Assembly: GCA_012295275.1 (NCBI GenBank)
Contig: CM022672.1
Coordinates: forward strand, 14,384,001 to 14,448,000
Length of the DNA stretch: 64,000 bases
Origin: Chrysomallon squamiferum
Lineage: Eukaryota; Animalia; Mollusca
Reading direction: 5' to 3'
Below the pieces are notes generated by a model. The model searched no databases. It saw only the letters and a list, made by a program, of their open reading frames with translations, and had not been told where the DNA came from. The position numbers and the translations under genes are program-made. Of the stretch, positions 15,895 to 30,934 are shown one piece after another. Numbering within the stretch: position 1 is the first letter of the stretch; each line of letters opens with the position of its first letter.

Positions 15895-16336
15895 TACACA
15901 CACACATACCACATCACACCTAAACACATAAACATCCAAATATCCATATATATCTTCACCTTCACTTTTATGTTATCAGTTTAATAGTTAGAATGGTGAA
16001 GAATTTTTGTTTACAATTTCTATTACAGAACATCTCATAAATATTAGTAATCTGGAAAGAACCTCACAATTCTCTGGGGTGAGACACAATGATTGGAACT
16101 CAATATCTCAATCTGAAACTGACAGCCAAAACTCCCCTTAGACGTAATGACAGGAACAACATGGCCCTGTATCGTAACAGTTTTCACTGACTGTGGAAAT
16201 CAATGGAGTAAATGTCAGGGATAGGTTGTAACATGAGGAAACTAGTTTAAGTGGTAATTCAGAGAAATTACCATAGATAATGATACAAGTATATAAGTAT
16301 ATATATAAGTATATAAGTATATATATAAGTATATAA

Positions 16337-16376
<40 letters not shown>

Positions 16377-16399
16377 CATACATACATGCATACATGCGT

Positions 16400-16749
16400 G
16401 CAAACACACACACACACACACACACAGATTGACATAGATATGTATATAGTTATTGTTACACATATGTACATACACACACACACACACACAGACACACACA
16501 CAGACACACACAGATTGATATACATATGTACATAGTTACTGTTATGCATACGTACATACACACACACATACAAATGTACACACACACAAACGTACACACA
16601 CACACAGATTGACATACATATGTACATAGTTATTGTTACACATACGTACATACACACACACAAACAAATGTACACACACAAACGTACACACACACACAGA
16701 TTGACATACATATGTACATAGTTATTGTTACACATACATACATACACAT

Positions 16750-16780
<31 letters not shown>

Positions 16781-16790
16781 CATGTACACT
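16400..16790. repeat. Four ~90-bp units (CAGATTGACATACATATGTACATAGTTATTGTTAC + (CA)n)
   Basis: CAGATTGA at 16425, 16511, 16605 and 16697. Confidence 0.85.
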
Positions 16791-17204
16791 AGATGAAATT
16801 TAATTTATGTCATGTAATATGCAAATTGCATTAAGTCTAAAGAAAAATACAACCCACTTGTTCTCAGATATTTATTAGACAACTCTCAGTTTTCATTAAA
16901 ATAACACCCAATGTCTACAGTGGTTTCAGATGGTCACAATAAAACAGACTGGCTAAAAGGTCACAAAAATTAAGACAGTTTAAAGGTTACAGTTGAAGAC
17001 AGTTTAAAGGTTACAAATGAAGACTGTTAGTATGAGTGTAAACAAGAGTTAATTACAAATGATAACAGATAAATTAAACTGGTTACAAATGAAGACTGTT
17101 AGTAAGAGAGTAATGACAATTACAAAATGATTAGAGATAAACTATCTCTAAACTGAATTGGTTACAAATGAAGACAATCTGATGTGTGTGCTGACTGATG
17201 TTAC

Positions 17205-17296
17205 CTGTTTCTGCCAATTCTCTCCCAGTCCTTTATTGAAACAAGCAGCTCATCTTTACTTGTCAGTCCAGAACCTGGCACCTCAAAGACAAATGT
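17205..17296 (-). CDS. MYOF: Ferlin exon 3 (TFVFEVPGSGLTSKDELLVSIKDWERIGRN)
   Basis: ttttgcag acceptor, AG|GTAACA donor, 92 nt, phase 0 to 2; KDWERIGRN corresponds to myoferlin KDFETIGQN. Confidence 0.92.
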
Positions 17297-18329
17297 CTGC
17301 AAAATACAAACACAATGTTGATAATGACAATGTTTACTACTAATAATAATTAATACGAGATGATGATAGTATAGTAATAATAAAAAAAAACAAAAAAAAA
17401 ACAGTGACATTTATGATAATAATATTGATGTTGATGATAATTATTAATTATGATAACAACAACAGTAAATAAATTTGAAATTTTGTGTGTGTGAAATAAG
17501 TTGTTTGATTTGAAATATATAGTATTATTATTGTTATTATTATCTCCTAAATTAATTGATTTTATCTTATTTAAAAATCCAAAAATGGATAAACCACTTA
17601 TGATCATTTACAATTTTTCTTTTATTTCATTTATAATATTCATGTTTGTTTGTTTGTTTGTTTGTTTGTTTGTTTGTTTGTTTGTTTGTTTATTTATTTA
17701 TTTAATTTTATTTAATTTAATTTAATTTAATTTTATTTTATTATTCTTGTTTGTAAACCCTTAAAACCAACAGCAGTCAACATTAAAATCAACACTACAT
17801 GTCCCAGTCTTGCTCCTATCATTCCCCCACCCCATTATCAGTAACAATTCAGAAAACAAGCTTTAGAGTAATATTTATGGAAGAACATACAGAGACACAG
17901 AACAAAAACATGTTTTATTTGCACTGCCATCAGCTCAAGCTGTTGCCTTGTTGTCAGCTTCCAGTAAATTCCAGCTCATTTTTCAGTTTATTTACACTTT
18001 CAATCATTCAGTCATTAACATACACATGATCTTTTACAAAGGCAAACATCAATAAAAACAATATTAAACCTGCACTGGGACGGACTGCACTGTGAAAATA
18101 ATTGCTAGGTTATTAACGGTAATTATTAAAATTGAAAGTTTAGGTCCCTTTGTGCACGAATGAATGTTACTGTTGCTGAATGTATTTAAAAATCAGTTTT
18201 TTGTGTTTGGTTGTTTGTTTTTAGGTTTTCTGTTTGTAGATAAGAATATGAATAAGTTGTTAGAGGAATTTTTTCTGAGGCATGATAGCATAAAGGATGA
18301 AATGTCTTTGGTCTGCACACACATTTATT

Positions 18330-18887
18330 CATACAAATTCCTACATACATACATACACACATACATACATACATACATACATACATACATACATACATAC
18401 ATACATACATACATACATACATACATACACACACATACATACATACATACATACATACAAATTCCTACATACATACATACAAATACACATACACATACAC
18501 ATACATACATACACATACACATACATACATACACATACATACACATACATACATACATACACACATACACATACATACATACACATACATACATACATAC
18601 ATACATACACATACATACACATACATACATACATACATACATACAAATACCTACATACATACATACATACATACATACATACAAATTCCTACATACATAC
18701 ATACATACAAATTCCTACATACATACACATACACATACATACATACATACATACATACATACATACAAATTCCTACATACATACATATACACATACATAC
18801 ATACATACAAATTCCTACATACATACAAACACACATACTTACAAACATTCATACATATATACATATATACATACATACATACATACA

Positions 18888-18923
<36 letters not shown>

Positions 18924-18936
18924 TATACATACATAC
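18330..18936. repeat. (TACA)n microsatellite punctuated by CAAATTCCTA
   Basis: Directly visible; source of the spurious HTYI/MYVC ORFs. Confidence 0.95.
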
Positions 18937-19012
18937 AGAGAAAGGAATGAATATATGTTTTATATAACATTCAAGTAACATATTTAAGTTATGATTATAT
19001 GATTTTAACATA

Positions 19013-19055
<43 letters not shown>

Positions 19056-19108
19056 TATATATAATGTCTCATTTCCAATAATTTTAAATTATAAAAATAG
19101 AATTCTTA

Positions 19109-19158
<50 letters not shown>

Positions 19159-20539
19159 TATTTCCCATAATATATATATATATATATTCTGTTTTTACCA
19201 TATAAAGGATATATCATTATATTTATTATAGGCTTGATTTGTATGTCTACATCTTAAAGTAATAAACTGTTAATAAATACCATTACATGTCTAAATTAAG
19301 AATTAATTATATGTTCTGTACAAACGAATGCATAAACATGATGAGTGTGTTTAGTAATTAATGGCATAATATTAACTAATAATACATGCCAAGTGGACTG
19401 ATATTAAGCTGTTATTATATTAGTGTACAATCTTGTATGTTAACATAATTAGTATCGTGTCATCTTGTATGTTACATAGACTACAAACGTCTCTCTTTTT
19501 GAAATGCATGCATGCATATTCATGACTGTTTAGTGGCAGACACACTGACATGACCTAGCAACAAAGAAAAAATCAAAACACAAAGACCCAAACACATGCA
19601 CCTACATACTAACACCTGCATATATACAGTTACCTGTATACAGTTACATACACCAGGGTCAACAGGCAAACAAACATACATACACACAGACAAACTCAAA
19701 GAGAGTATGACAGTCACATGTGTAAACAGTGTTATTTCACTTTGCTCTATATTCATTTTATATTCATTTTATATTCATAAACAGTCATAAGACAGTCACT
19801 GACAGGAAATGATACAGAGACAGCACTGAGAAGGTCTGATCCTGTGACCCATTATGTCTAAACCTCTGACTTTCAGTCACTAGGCCACATCATCATCATC
19901 ACATTCAGTGACACACACACACACACACACACAGACACACAGACACACACACACACACACACACAGACACACACACACACACACAGAAAGACATTCACAC
20001 ATACATATATATACATACATAAACACACACACACACACACACAAAGACATACATACATTCACATTGATACATACAGATACACACATGATACATACAGTCA
20101 CACATGCATACATACACACACAAACACTAACATACAAACAGAAGACATATACCAAAATATACAAGGATGTATGCAGTAACAAACAGAGACACATAATCAC
20201 ACAACACAGATGAACACCAGAGAGAAACCCACACAAACACAAAAGCCATTAGTTTACACATGACAGACCAGAGTCCAAACAATCGTGGTTATTTTTAAAT
20301 CTACAAACACTGGACTCAACAAACTCCTCAAAAACTGTCTTCACCAACAGCGATAGAGATCAGACTTTTTTTTAAACACCAAGACTGACTCTCCTTTTAT
20401 TTATCTACAATAAACTGACCCCGGATATTTCTCTGATGTGCTGGCTGTACACGCTGAAATGTAGATAGAGTGTGACAGCTCAGCCTAGGGGAATGTGTCC
20501 TTCATCTTGAAGTAGTTCATCACAGCTATGCTATTAAAT

Positions 20540-21200
20540 GTGTGACCCATTTCAGTGAAACGTTCAGTAAATCAGAGAGAAACACTGTCGTAATATACTT
20601 TTGTGTGGCTACCTTTTTATCTTTCTTTTTTACAGTTTCAAGGAAATCTTCATATTTTGCCATTTAACGAGATCCATTTCAATCACTGATCCATTTCAAG
20701 CAATTCTATACTTTTCAAAATACTGACTATTTTTAAAAATTGTTAGAGAATCTTCAAAAATAAAATAAAAATATTTAAAAAAAAATCATCAGACTTGCTA
20801 ATACATATGACCAGTTTCAATTAAGGGTACTGTAAGTTATTAAGAAACTCTACTATTACTAACTTTTCAAACCAGTGGGTTGACTATTTTTAATGACTGC
20901 AATACAGTGGGACCCATTTTAGTAAATGGTTCACAAAGGCAATCACTGAGGCATTGGTGACTAACAGAGCAGTTACGTTCTTGTTAAATTGTTGAGACTT
21001 TTTAACAACTCTTACGAAATCTGGAAATCAGATTTTTTTGCAAGTATGACCCATTTCTAAGTTATTAAGAGACACTGTAATTATAGACTTTTCAAAACAG
21101 TGAACTGACTATATTAAATATTTCAAAGGGAAAATATTTAAGAGACTGGCAGATTTTTACTATTCTGTGGGATCCATTTCAGCAAAACATGTACTTGTTA
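20540..21200. repeat. Old, degenerate tandem repeat (GACCCATTTC ... CTTTTCAAAA ... GACTATTTT)
   Basis: GA(C/T)CCATTT-like cores near 20544, 20671, 20688, 20809, 20911, 21048 and 21171. Confidence 0.55.
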
Positions 21201-22409
21201 AAAGAAACAATGGGGAAAATACATATATACACACACACTATACATTCCTCCCTTGCTCTCTCTCTCTTTCACCTGCTCACAGAAGTGGTGACATTAACTC
21301 ACTGTCTACATAAATGATTCATCTGATTACATGCACTCACATTTCCCACAGCTGAAGATCAAAATGGCTCTCTAGCCAAAATGTTTTTTTCTCAAGACCT
21401 CCCTTAAACCTTTGCATTGCCATGATCCAGAATGTTTAGTCTTCATGTATTTAAATACATACAGCATATTTCAGACTTATACTGCCACTTTCAAATGCCA
21501 AAATAATGATTTTATTTTGAATCATCAAACAATAACACTTGTAAATTCTTTTTTTTTTATTTATATATATCAATTATTTTTTAAAACACACCCTACTGAA
21601 TAAATAAATTTAAGCAGTTCTGAATAAGGCTATTTTCTTTATGAACATTTTGTGAGAATGAGTCACAACCATGTGTAGCTTAAAGAAATTGTACAGTTAA
21701 TAAACACTGTTAGACTTAGTATCCAGTTTATGTGACAACTTTGTGTCTATTTGTGTTATTTATAACAAGTCAGATAGATAAGTTTTTTTTTATTGAACAT
21801 TTGTTTGATACTGAGTTTATGTCAGATGTGAATAAAGATTTGAATATTAATCTGTCATTCAACCATTTGAATTCGCTTGAAGGTTTTAATGGGTCTGTCA
21901 TGTCTCAGACTTTATCAAGACAATGTTGATGTGAGAAGGTTTACTTATCAGTTTGTTCAGCAGTCTGTCTGTCTGTATTTCTCACTAAAATTCTTTCAGG
22001 TTTTTTCTCACTTACTTTCTCTTCTCTCTTTCAGTCTTTCTTTCTTTGTCTCTCTCTCATTCTTTCTTCCCTTCTCTCTCTTTCTCCTGTAACAAACTTC
22101 TCTGCCCCTTTCTCCTCACATTTTTTCTCTGATAAATTTACAATTACGTCTTTGTGACATGGTGTTTATGCATTAAACGCAGGTCAGATAAAATTTAGAG
22201 AAACTGTCTAAAAATAGGTTGATATTAAATAACCTGTCTAATATATTTAATATCTTCATATTTCTAAACAGTTTCTCTTACATATATTTAAGCAGGATGT
22301 TGTTTACTAAATAATCTGTCATTTGGTATCAAGTGTATGTCACAGTGAGAGGGTATTCTTCGATGTAGGTCACAGATAACCTTTAAACTGTATAGGATAG
22401 TCTAGTATA

Positions 22410-22692
22410 TGTTTGTGGGTATGTGTGAGTGTGTGTGTGTATGTGTGTATGTGTATGTATGTGTGTATGTGTGTGTGTCTGTGTGTGTGTCTGTGTGTGT
22501 TGTATGTGTCTGTGTGTGTTGTATGTGTCTGTGTGTTGTATGTGTGTGTGTGTATTGTATGTGTGTGTTGTATGTGTATGTGTGTGTTGTATGTGTCTGT
22601 GTGTTGTATACTGTGTGTGTGTGTATGTGTGTGTCTGTGTGTGTTGTGTGTGTTGTGTGTGTGTGTGTGTCTGTGTGTGTTGTATGTGTGTA

Positions 22693-22723
<31 letters not shown>

Positions 22724-22792
22724 ATTATATATATGTATTATATGAATGTATGTATGTATGTATGTATGTATGTATATATATATATGTATGTA
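22410..22792. repeat. Degenerate (TG)n/(TATG)n microsatellite
   Basis: Directly visible. Confidence 0.95.
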
Positions 22793-25700
22793 TAAATCTG
22801 TGTAACTGTAAAATGTATACATAAAAAAACTTAAAAAGATACATAAAAAATGATAAAAAAAAAATAAAAATAAAAAACCATTGAAAATATGTATTTAAAA
22901 AATTTAAAAAAATAAAAACATGCAGATTTCTAAGAAAATCAGTAAATCAGTGACGAATTAATCATATCAGCCTATATAATAAGAAAACATTTAATTATGC
23001 AAGTAACAGCTTAAAAACTAATAATATATTAAAATTAAACATTTGTCTTTTCATTTACAAATTCATAATCAATTTTGAAAATTCAAACAATAACCACCTG
23101 TCTTTCAACATGCACACACACACACACACTTCCTTAACCATAAAACCATAAATCAAAAAAAAATGTCTTCAGTCTACATCTTCTGTACAAATCTGGGACT
23201 TGTGTTTTTCTGTTATCAAATAACTAATTGAATACAGAATAAAGACATCATTATGTTTGTCAGACTTCCATCTTCTTTAAATTCTGACATCAGCGTTAAA
23301 TCACATCCAGTTTATTTATTTTTTGAGATGCCGTGCTTAAAATATAACGTTTGATATCTTAAAATATTCTGCATGTTCTGTTTCTGAAAGTTATTAAACA
23401 AAGTGGCCATTTACTGTCATATCTCACCAGCTTCAGAAACGAAGATAATGTAGAGCTGCTTTTATTATGTAATCCACCTGAATTTCTATAAATATTTAAC
23501 AAACGAAGTGGTTTGTTTGAGTGTCGCAATAACAGGACACATTGTGCAGTTAAGTAGAAATGTGAGTTTGAGTGTGCATGCATGTGTAAGTATGTTTGTG
23601 TGTGCATCTGTACATACATCTATCTTTCTTAGTTTTTATTTGCTGTCAGTATTTCTTTCTCTCTCTCTCTTTCTCAATATATGTTTATATATATATTTAG
23701 ATATAAACACATATAAAAATATATACACATACTCAAGTACATATATCTACAAATGCATACATATATACACATAAACATCTACACACATACACAACTCACA
23801 CATAATTCATTTTGTCTCTTAATTTCCTTTTTTTTTTTTTTTCTTTTCTTTTTTAATATTTTACAAATTTAGCCATGTGTGTAATTAGAAAAATGTCATT
23901 TTTAGGCATTTTTTTCTTTTCTGTCTTTCTTCTCCCTCTGTAAAACATGTCAAGATAACAACCTATGTCATGACACAGTTAAGTAGCTTAGTGCAAACAC
24001 GCAATACAGAAACAAGTATTTCATGGGAATAAAACACTTTTCTAGTAATAAATAAAACACAGACAAATGCAGTCATAATTTTCAAAAGACCCATTTCATT
24101 GTTGAAAACTGCAGAATGTATATGAATATTGATGATTTATCTGCACAGATGTCAAAGCTTTCATCAGCCTGAATTGTGCATGGTCTGTAGATTGATTACC
24201 TGAACAAATTGTTAAAGGTAAAAATTGTGTTTAAATCCTCTGTTGATTATCAGCATTAGATTCAAGCTGTGCAGTAACTGTTACTTATTAGATTAAGATG
24301 AAAGAAGGGAAGGTGAGATAGAATGAAAAAAAAAAAAAGAGAGAGAGAGAGAGAGAGTTAAAAAGGATACACACAACTAAATATTGGTGTGAATTATAAA
24401 GAAATAAGAAACACAGGTATCTATTTTGAATATGACATTATGCAAATACAAGTTTTTATGTATCTTTTATTACACATCTCATAAAAATAACACGTGACTT
24501 TAAAGATGTGTATTATCAGGGAGTGTAATAATATCCTGTATGCAACAGACTCGAATTTAAAACATAACTGAATCATCTCATTTATGTTACATGTAATATG
24601 ATGCATTATCTAACATCACTGATATACAAATGTGTATCTGTAAACCCCACACACACCTCCTGCATTGTTTGACTGGAGACTGGTATTTCTTTTTTGTATT
24701 GAAACTTAATTCTTCTTGAAGTTTTTACCCTAACAATGGCATCACCCACTCCATCCAAATCTACAGAGCTAAGACAAATTTGTTACATGTTCATTATAAT
24801 GACGTGAGTGAGACTTCAAATCCTGTTTATTGTAACGGTAAAGTTTTAAAAACAAAACTGGGTTTAAACTTTTTTTTATTATTTTCATTAGAATCAACAT
24901 AATTTCAGAATATAAAATGTAATTAAAAAAAACATTTTATAATAAAAATGTTTTTTATCACTTTTCCTTATTTTTCAAAAAAAAAGAGTATTTTTCTCCT
25001 CCCCCTTCTTTCTTGTGTGTGTGTGTGTGTGTGTGTGATATTTTTATGGTGTGTATATGTATATATGCATGTATGTGTTATATGTGTAAATGTGTATGTG
25101 TATATGCATGTGTATTTCCATGTAAATGTGTTTTCATGGACTACCTTTCTGTATAGCATCAGCAATTGTTTGTTGTTTTTTTTTGTTTTTATAGGAATAG
25201 GATGAATAATGGGATCACTAAATAATGACTAATTGACTTATGTTGCAAACACATGCTCTGCACCTTCGAGCCAAATCTATACAAGCTGATTTATAAATTA
25301 TAACTTAGACACACAACAGCAACATCCTGCAGGTAACATTAACTCCAGTCTGTAGAATACTGTCAGACACACAGACCATTAACATTTCTCATTTTACACG
25401 ATTTATTAAATGTTAATAAATGTATGAAACAATAAATGACATGATATTTGCTATCTGACATTCATTACAAAGCAACATGCTTGGTATTGAGGTAACTGAT
25501 ACCTCAGAATGAAAATAACATACTTGCATTGTTACAGGGAATGTTTGAAGTATCAGATGATGTAAGTAAGAAAAGGTGTGGAATTTTTTTAATTTTTTTT
25601 TTTTTATACCTGGTTTCATAAACAGGTTGTATTTAACCTAGCTATGTTTACTGAAAATTCAGTCTGCTAGGTTTTTGTGTTTATCTACTGTTCAGTGAAA

Positions 25701-26129
25701 TGTAATTTTCTCTCTTTTTTTCTTTCTACATACCTACCCTACACCCACATGTTTGTGTATTTGTCCACAAGCACTATCACATGAAAAGAGATATAACAGA
25801 AACAACAATATCCATCTACCCACATATATATATAAACATAGACACACACAGACACAAGTACACTGATAACAGACAGAGACTCATAAAAGGTCATACTATC
25901 CTTTTAATAGACAGCAAACACTGAAAGTATGTGACTAATAAATAAAATAAATAAATAAATAAATAAATAAAATTATAAAAATAATTAATTAAAACAACAG
26001 CAAATTTAGAAATAAATACTAATAAATAATTTTTTTATTTTTTTTTTTTTTTCAAAATAAAATTAAATTTAAAAGACGGATATGTAAAAAAACAGTCACT
26101 TTCTGGATTGTTATCATCACAAAACCTGA

Positions 26130-26880
26130 CAGGGGCATGTCTAGGGTGTGGCAGGTATGGCACTTGCCCTGGATGCCACACAGTTGAAAGGGGGTGCCAC
26201 TCAGCAGATTTCCCCAATGTAATGAATTTTCTTCAGATGTATGATCTGTCATTCTGTATTTTTATGTGTGTGTAAAAAGCACTAGGCTGGTCAGATTGAT
26301 GAAGAACTTGTGTAAATTATTATGTAAAAATATAGTGCTTGTAACAACATAGTGATATAGTAAAATATGGTAATCTATGAAATTTAATGTTTTTATTAAA
26401 AAAAAAAAAAAACACTGTAATTTTCACATGTTGGGTATGTCTGGCTAAAGTAGATTATACTTTATGTTCTGATGAGTCTTTCTGTCTCACCAAAATTTTA
26501 TGACTATATATATATATATATATATATATATTAATAGTTTAGATACTTATCTGAACAAAAGTCTGACATAAAGCCTAAATATATATTTAAATAAAACTTT
26601 TATTTATAAAGAAGGGTGGTTGGATTTAGTTATTTTTCTTAATAATCTCATCCTTAAGAATATTATCCTCACAAATTAATTCCCCAATTCACTTTCCAGT
26701 TCACAAAATTTTTTGAATTCTTATTCTTCTTTTTTTGAATAGTTTGTTCCATATACTACAACAATACTCTCTAGGTATATCTGAATAAAAAATAAAAATA
26801 AAGATAAATAAATATTGGCATCAGACAGGAGCCAATTTTAGTGTTTGCCATAGGCACTATTTCCCCTAGATACGCCCCTG
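26130..26880. mobile_element. Non-autonomous DNA transposon (MITE) with ~17-bp terminal inverted repeats
   Basis: Left end CAGGGGCATGTCTAGGG; right end CCCTAGATACGCCCCTG (reverse complement CAGGGGCGTATCTAGGG, 2 mismatches). No clear target-site duplication and no transposase; superfamily unassigned. Confidence 0.75.
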
Positions 26881-27366
26881 ATGATACCTGTAATGCTGCT
26901 AATACCTGTATATTAATGACACTGCTAATTGCCATTTGGCACCTGAATTACTGCCAGTACCTGTTTATTACAGACTTGATACTCAGGTAAAAATCAGTGA
27001 AGTCTTACTTTTCCTCAATAAGCTGTGAATTAGTACAGGCAAATGAATAAAAACCCAACAAGGTGTTAGCAAAACAAACAAGTTAATATCGTTTGATGTT
27101 TCAAGTGGTAACAGAGGACACTGGAACTTCAAACAGGTAATAACTGTACACCTTGTTTGTGCAGTTCAAGTTTAATGTACACAGATAATAATATACATAA
27201 ATACATATGTATCACATGTGTATTATTGATTAGTTCACCTGTTGAATATCACTTGAATTCCCATTAATCAAGGTTTCAGTTACAAAGTGCCTGTATAATT
27301 CAATGCCATGTTGTTTATGTGCATAATTAACATGTATATAATGTATAATTGGATATTTCTAGGAAA

Positions 27367-27495
27367 AAGGCCAAGATGAGGTCCAATGGTTAGAAAGCAG
27401 GTCCTGACATACAATAGGTTTCATGATCAATCCTTCTTGGTGTACACTTTGGGATATTTTCTATTCCAGCAGGTGATCTATGCTGGGTTATCAAA
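27367..27495 (+). mobile_element. Decayed tRNA-derived SINE head
   Basis: A-box-like TCCAATGGTTAGA and B-box-like ATGATCAATCC, then TTGGGATATTTTCTATTCCAGC. Resembles a gastropod SINE body from memory only; not database-checked. Confidence 0.5.
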
Positions 27496-29966
27496 AAAAA
27501 AAAACATTTTTCTGTGCAGATAAAAGAGCCATAGACTGAGTAGAAGTAATGTACAGAGTACAAACAGCTGTCCTGTATAATTAAATAATCAAGAGAATGT
27601 GAGTGTAAAACTGTAACAGAACAAAATAACAAATGTTAAAACCTGTTGTCTCATTCAGTGTCAAAGTATAGGATGTTAATTTAAACATTACAAATAGATA
27701 AAAAAAAAATAATAATAAAAAAAAAATAATAATAATAATAAAAAATAAATAAAAATAAAATAAAATAAAATACTAAATAAAAAAATAAATAAATAAATAA
27801 ATAAAAATAAAATAAAGCTTTTTGAAACACAGCAATACAATAAAAATGATATCCTTCTTTGACTAATAAACACCACAGGCCAATATAAGGTACTTGTTTT
27901 CTTTTTCTTAACCTCTTTTACATTCACTGTGATCAATGGTTTAAACTATAAAATATTTATATCCATTTATCATCACAGTTTGGAAGCAGGCTGCAAATGC
28001 AGTGTTGTTTTTTCGTTGTTTTTTTTTTTTTTGTTTTTTAAATAATTGTTGAATGGTTGTTTTTATTTTCTAATTAAAACAAAAAAAGAAAGAAGAAATG
28101 GTTAAATTATGGGATCGTATATTAGAGTCTAACATTTGATTGTTACCTTTATGTAGAATAACTGCAAACAATATTAATTAAAATCTTGAGTTATAGTGCC
28201 TGTGAACTGAAAAAAAAAGTAGTTAAAAAGAACGAAGACTGACTGTAAAAAATATAAAAGCAAACAGAAAGAAAGAAAGAAAGAAAAAGTACGAAAGACA
28301 TCTTGAGTTTTTGGATCTATGGGTAGGTACACACAAATGACTGATCATTGCTAATCAACAAGAGTAACACATGGAAAACCCAGCATTCTTGTATTCATTA
28401 CTTTAACAAACACAGATCACCTATATTATAATCTTTTTAATATTAAACTGCCTTGAGGATCATAAAACTGGCATTCATTCATATTCCAGCTTGTAAGTAA
28501 CTGGTATGAATCAGCACAGAAACTTCATTGCCCTGGGTCATTTCATTACAATCATATCAATCAAAAAATGACCACTGACCTCATAGCACTTTGCTATTAA
28601 AATTAAATGCACGGAATACCACTATGATGATTAACAATCCTGAATACTCTATTAGAAATTATCACTATGCAGATGATAATTGATGCATATGTCACTAACC
28701 ACATGGATATATGCACACGAATAGACATGTGTGTCTACAATACATATATTTACATGTATATGGATATATGCACACAAATAGGTATATGTATGTATATACA
28801 GAGCATATATTTACATATGTACATATAGACATACACAAAGAAAAAGACAAAGGTTTGCATTATGAACAGTAATGGTAAATTAATACAGATATCTTTTTAT
28901 GTGTTTATCATTTAATAAACTCAGTGTTGTAATTAACTGACTTGTGACTTATTGTTAGTTATTGCATAAACATAGTATTACTGCATTGAGTTATATCTAA
29001 TGTATTTCATTGCTACATTCGATTTAACAACAACAATAAGTCATTGTTCACGTTATTATTAAGGTTTGTTACAATCATATTTTTTATTTATCAAATGTCA
29101 GTGTCGTAATTTCTTTTTTTTTCTCTTTTCAAAAAACATTGATATTTTTCATTACTTTCTCTCCTTTATTTTTTTTTCCCCTCAAATGTATATTTAAGAA
29201 TTATGCTGATAATGTGAAATTTTTAGTGTTGATGGTATTGTCATTTGTATAATGCTTTGTTCATTTTTTTTTTTTTTTTTTTGTAAGATCTAAATAATTA
29301 GAAATACACACACACACACACATTCACATCTGAATAAAACAAAAATTAAAAAATTAAAAAATCTATGAAAGTATCTGATAAAAATATAATCCAGTTTCTG
29401 TCACCTAGTTTTTATTTCAGTTTTCCTTTTTAAATATTTATTTTTGTTATATCCATTTAAAAGTAACGTTGTATAATCAATATGAAAAAAAACAACAAAA
29501 AAAAAAACAAAAAAAACACCCCAGTATAATAAAAACAAATAAATAAATCAAAATCAAAAATCAAAAAAAATCAATGATATAAAACATTTTTGAATATTAA
29601 AACACAGCTTTAACTCTCCACTGATCCTATAATTTGGATTAACGTATTAACGTGAATATGAAGAGACTGTTTGACACATTATAATGTATTTCTTGTTGAT
29701 TTGATACGAGCAGTAACACACACAGACAATACACACCCGGACGTGAGCAGTTGGTATCAAACAGAACAGCTGGTCTTATAATGACGCATTTCCAGGTAAG
29801 ATCCAGGATGTCAGAAAGGAAATGTCAGATTAAATATCAACGCAAGTTTAGTTAAATTTGTATTCTGCTGAGATTTTTTTTCTCAATATTACTGTCACAG
29901 TTTAAGAGTAATTATTAAATAAGATTAAAAACAGAAAAGAAATAATGATAGCAATGATGACTAAAA

Positions 29967-30010
<44 letters not shown>

Positions 30011-30078
30011 TAATAATAGTAACTGTAGTAGCAGTAATAATAGTAATAGTGGTAGTAGTAGTAGTAGTAACAGTACTA

Positions 30079-30111
<33 letters not shown>

Positions 30112-30775
30112 ACAGTACTAGTGGTGGTAGTAGTAGTAATAACAAAATAAATAAATAATAAAGAATAATAGCAAATTAAAATTAAAATTAAAATTAAAAT
30201 TAAAATTTCAAACAATATCACAAATCAGGGCAGACCCAGTATTTTAAAAAAGGAAAGATGCTGTAGAATAGTTTTAAACAGCATAACAAAGACCAGAACG
30301 TCTGTAAGATACATTCAACTACAGAAACCAATCTCTGGCAACTCTTGCATTTCTGAAACGTCATTATGTTATAACTTTCAGTGTTAAACAAGTTTTGTTG
30401 TATTACAAGAAAGCGGAAATTTACCTCTGCAACAGGTGTGCAAACCCCTTGAATTCAGATTATTGTATAATCACTTATGAAAAATTAGATTTTCCTACTA
30501 CATAAATTCAATTTAATCATAGCTGACAGGACCACTTGTATTCAATAAGCTTCTGTTGTGAAAGGTTATTATCTGTTGTGGAAAAAAAAAAAGGTATATT
30601 TAGTTTGCTAAGAATAGCTGGTTAGACTAATAAATAACAATATTATTGTAATATAGACATCTAGAATTTGTAATAATAGTAATCTAATTGTAGCAAGTTT
30701 TTATTCTATCTGTAAGGTAATTAATTCCAAGGCATTTGGCTGTAAAACATTTAGAAATTTCACACAAAGTGTGTC

Positions 30776-30819
<44 letters not shown>

Positions 30820-30934
30820 ATGCTTGTATTTATATGCCAACATATATCTATACTTATATATATATATATATCTGTAGATGTACATTTTTATACATAATGG
30901 ACATGCCATTTGTATTTATGATTGTGTCTGTGTT

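Noticed and set aside
16138-16265. Non-repetitive end of ORF 16138-16425 as a ferlin cassette exon
   Set aside because: No convincing splice sites, ends in a stop, and exons 3 and 4 already join correctly.
18164-18967. 267-aa ORF and the many similar HTYI/MYVC/CVCV/poly-N/I/L/T ORFs across the window
   Set aside because: They are translations of microsatellites that lack stops in some frames, with no splice or domain support.
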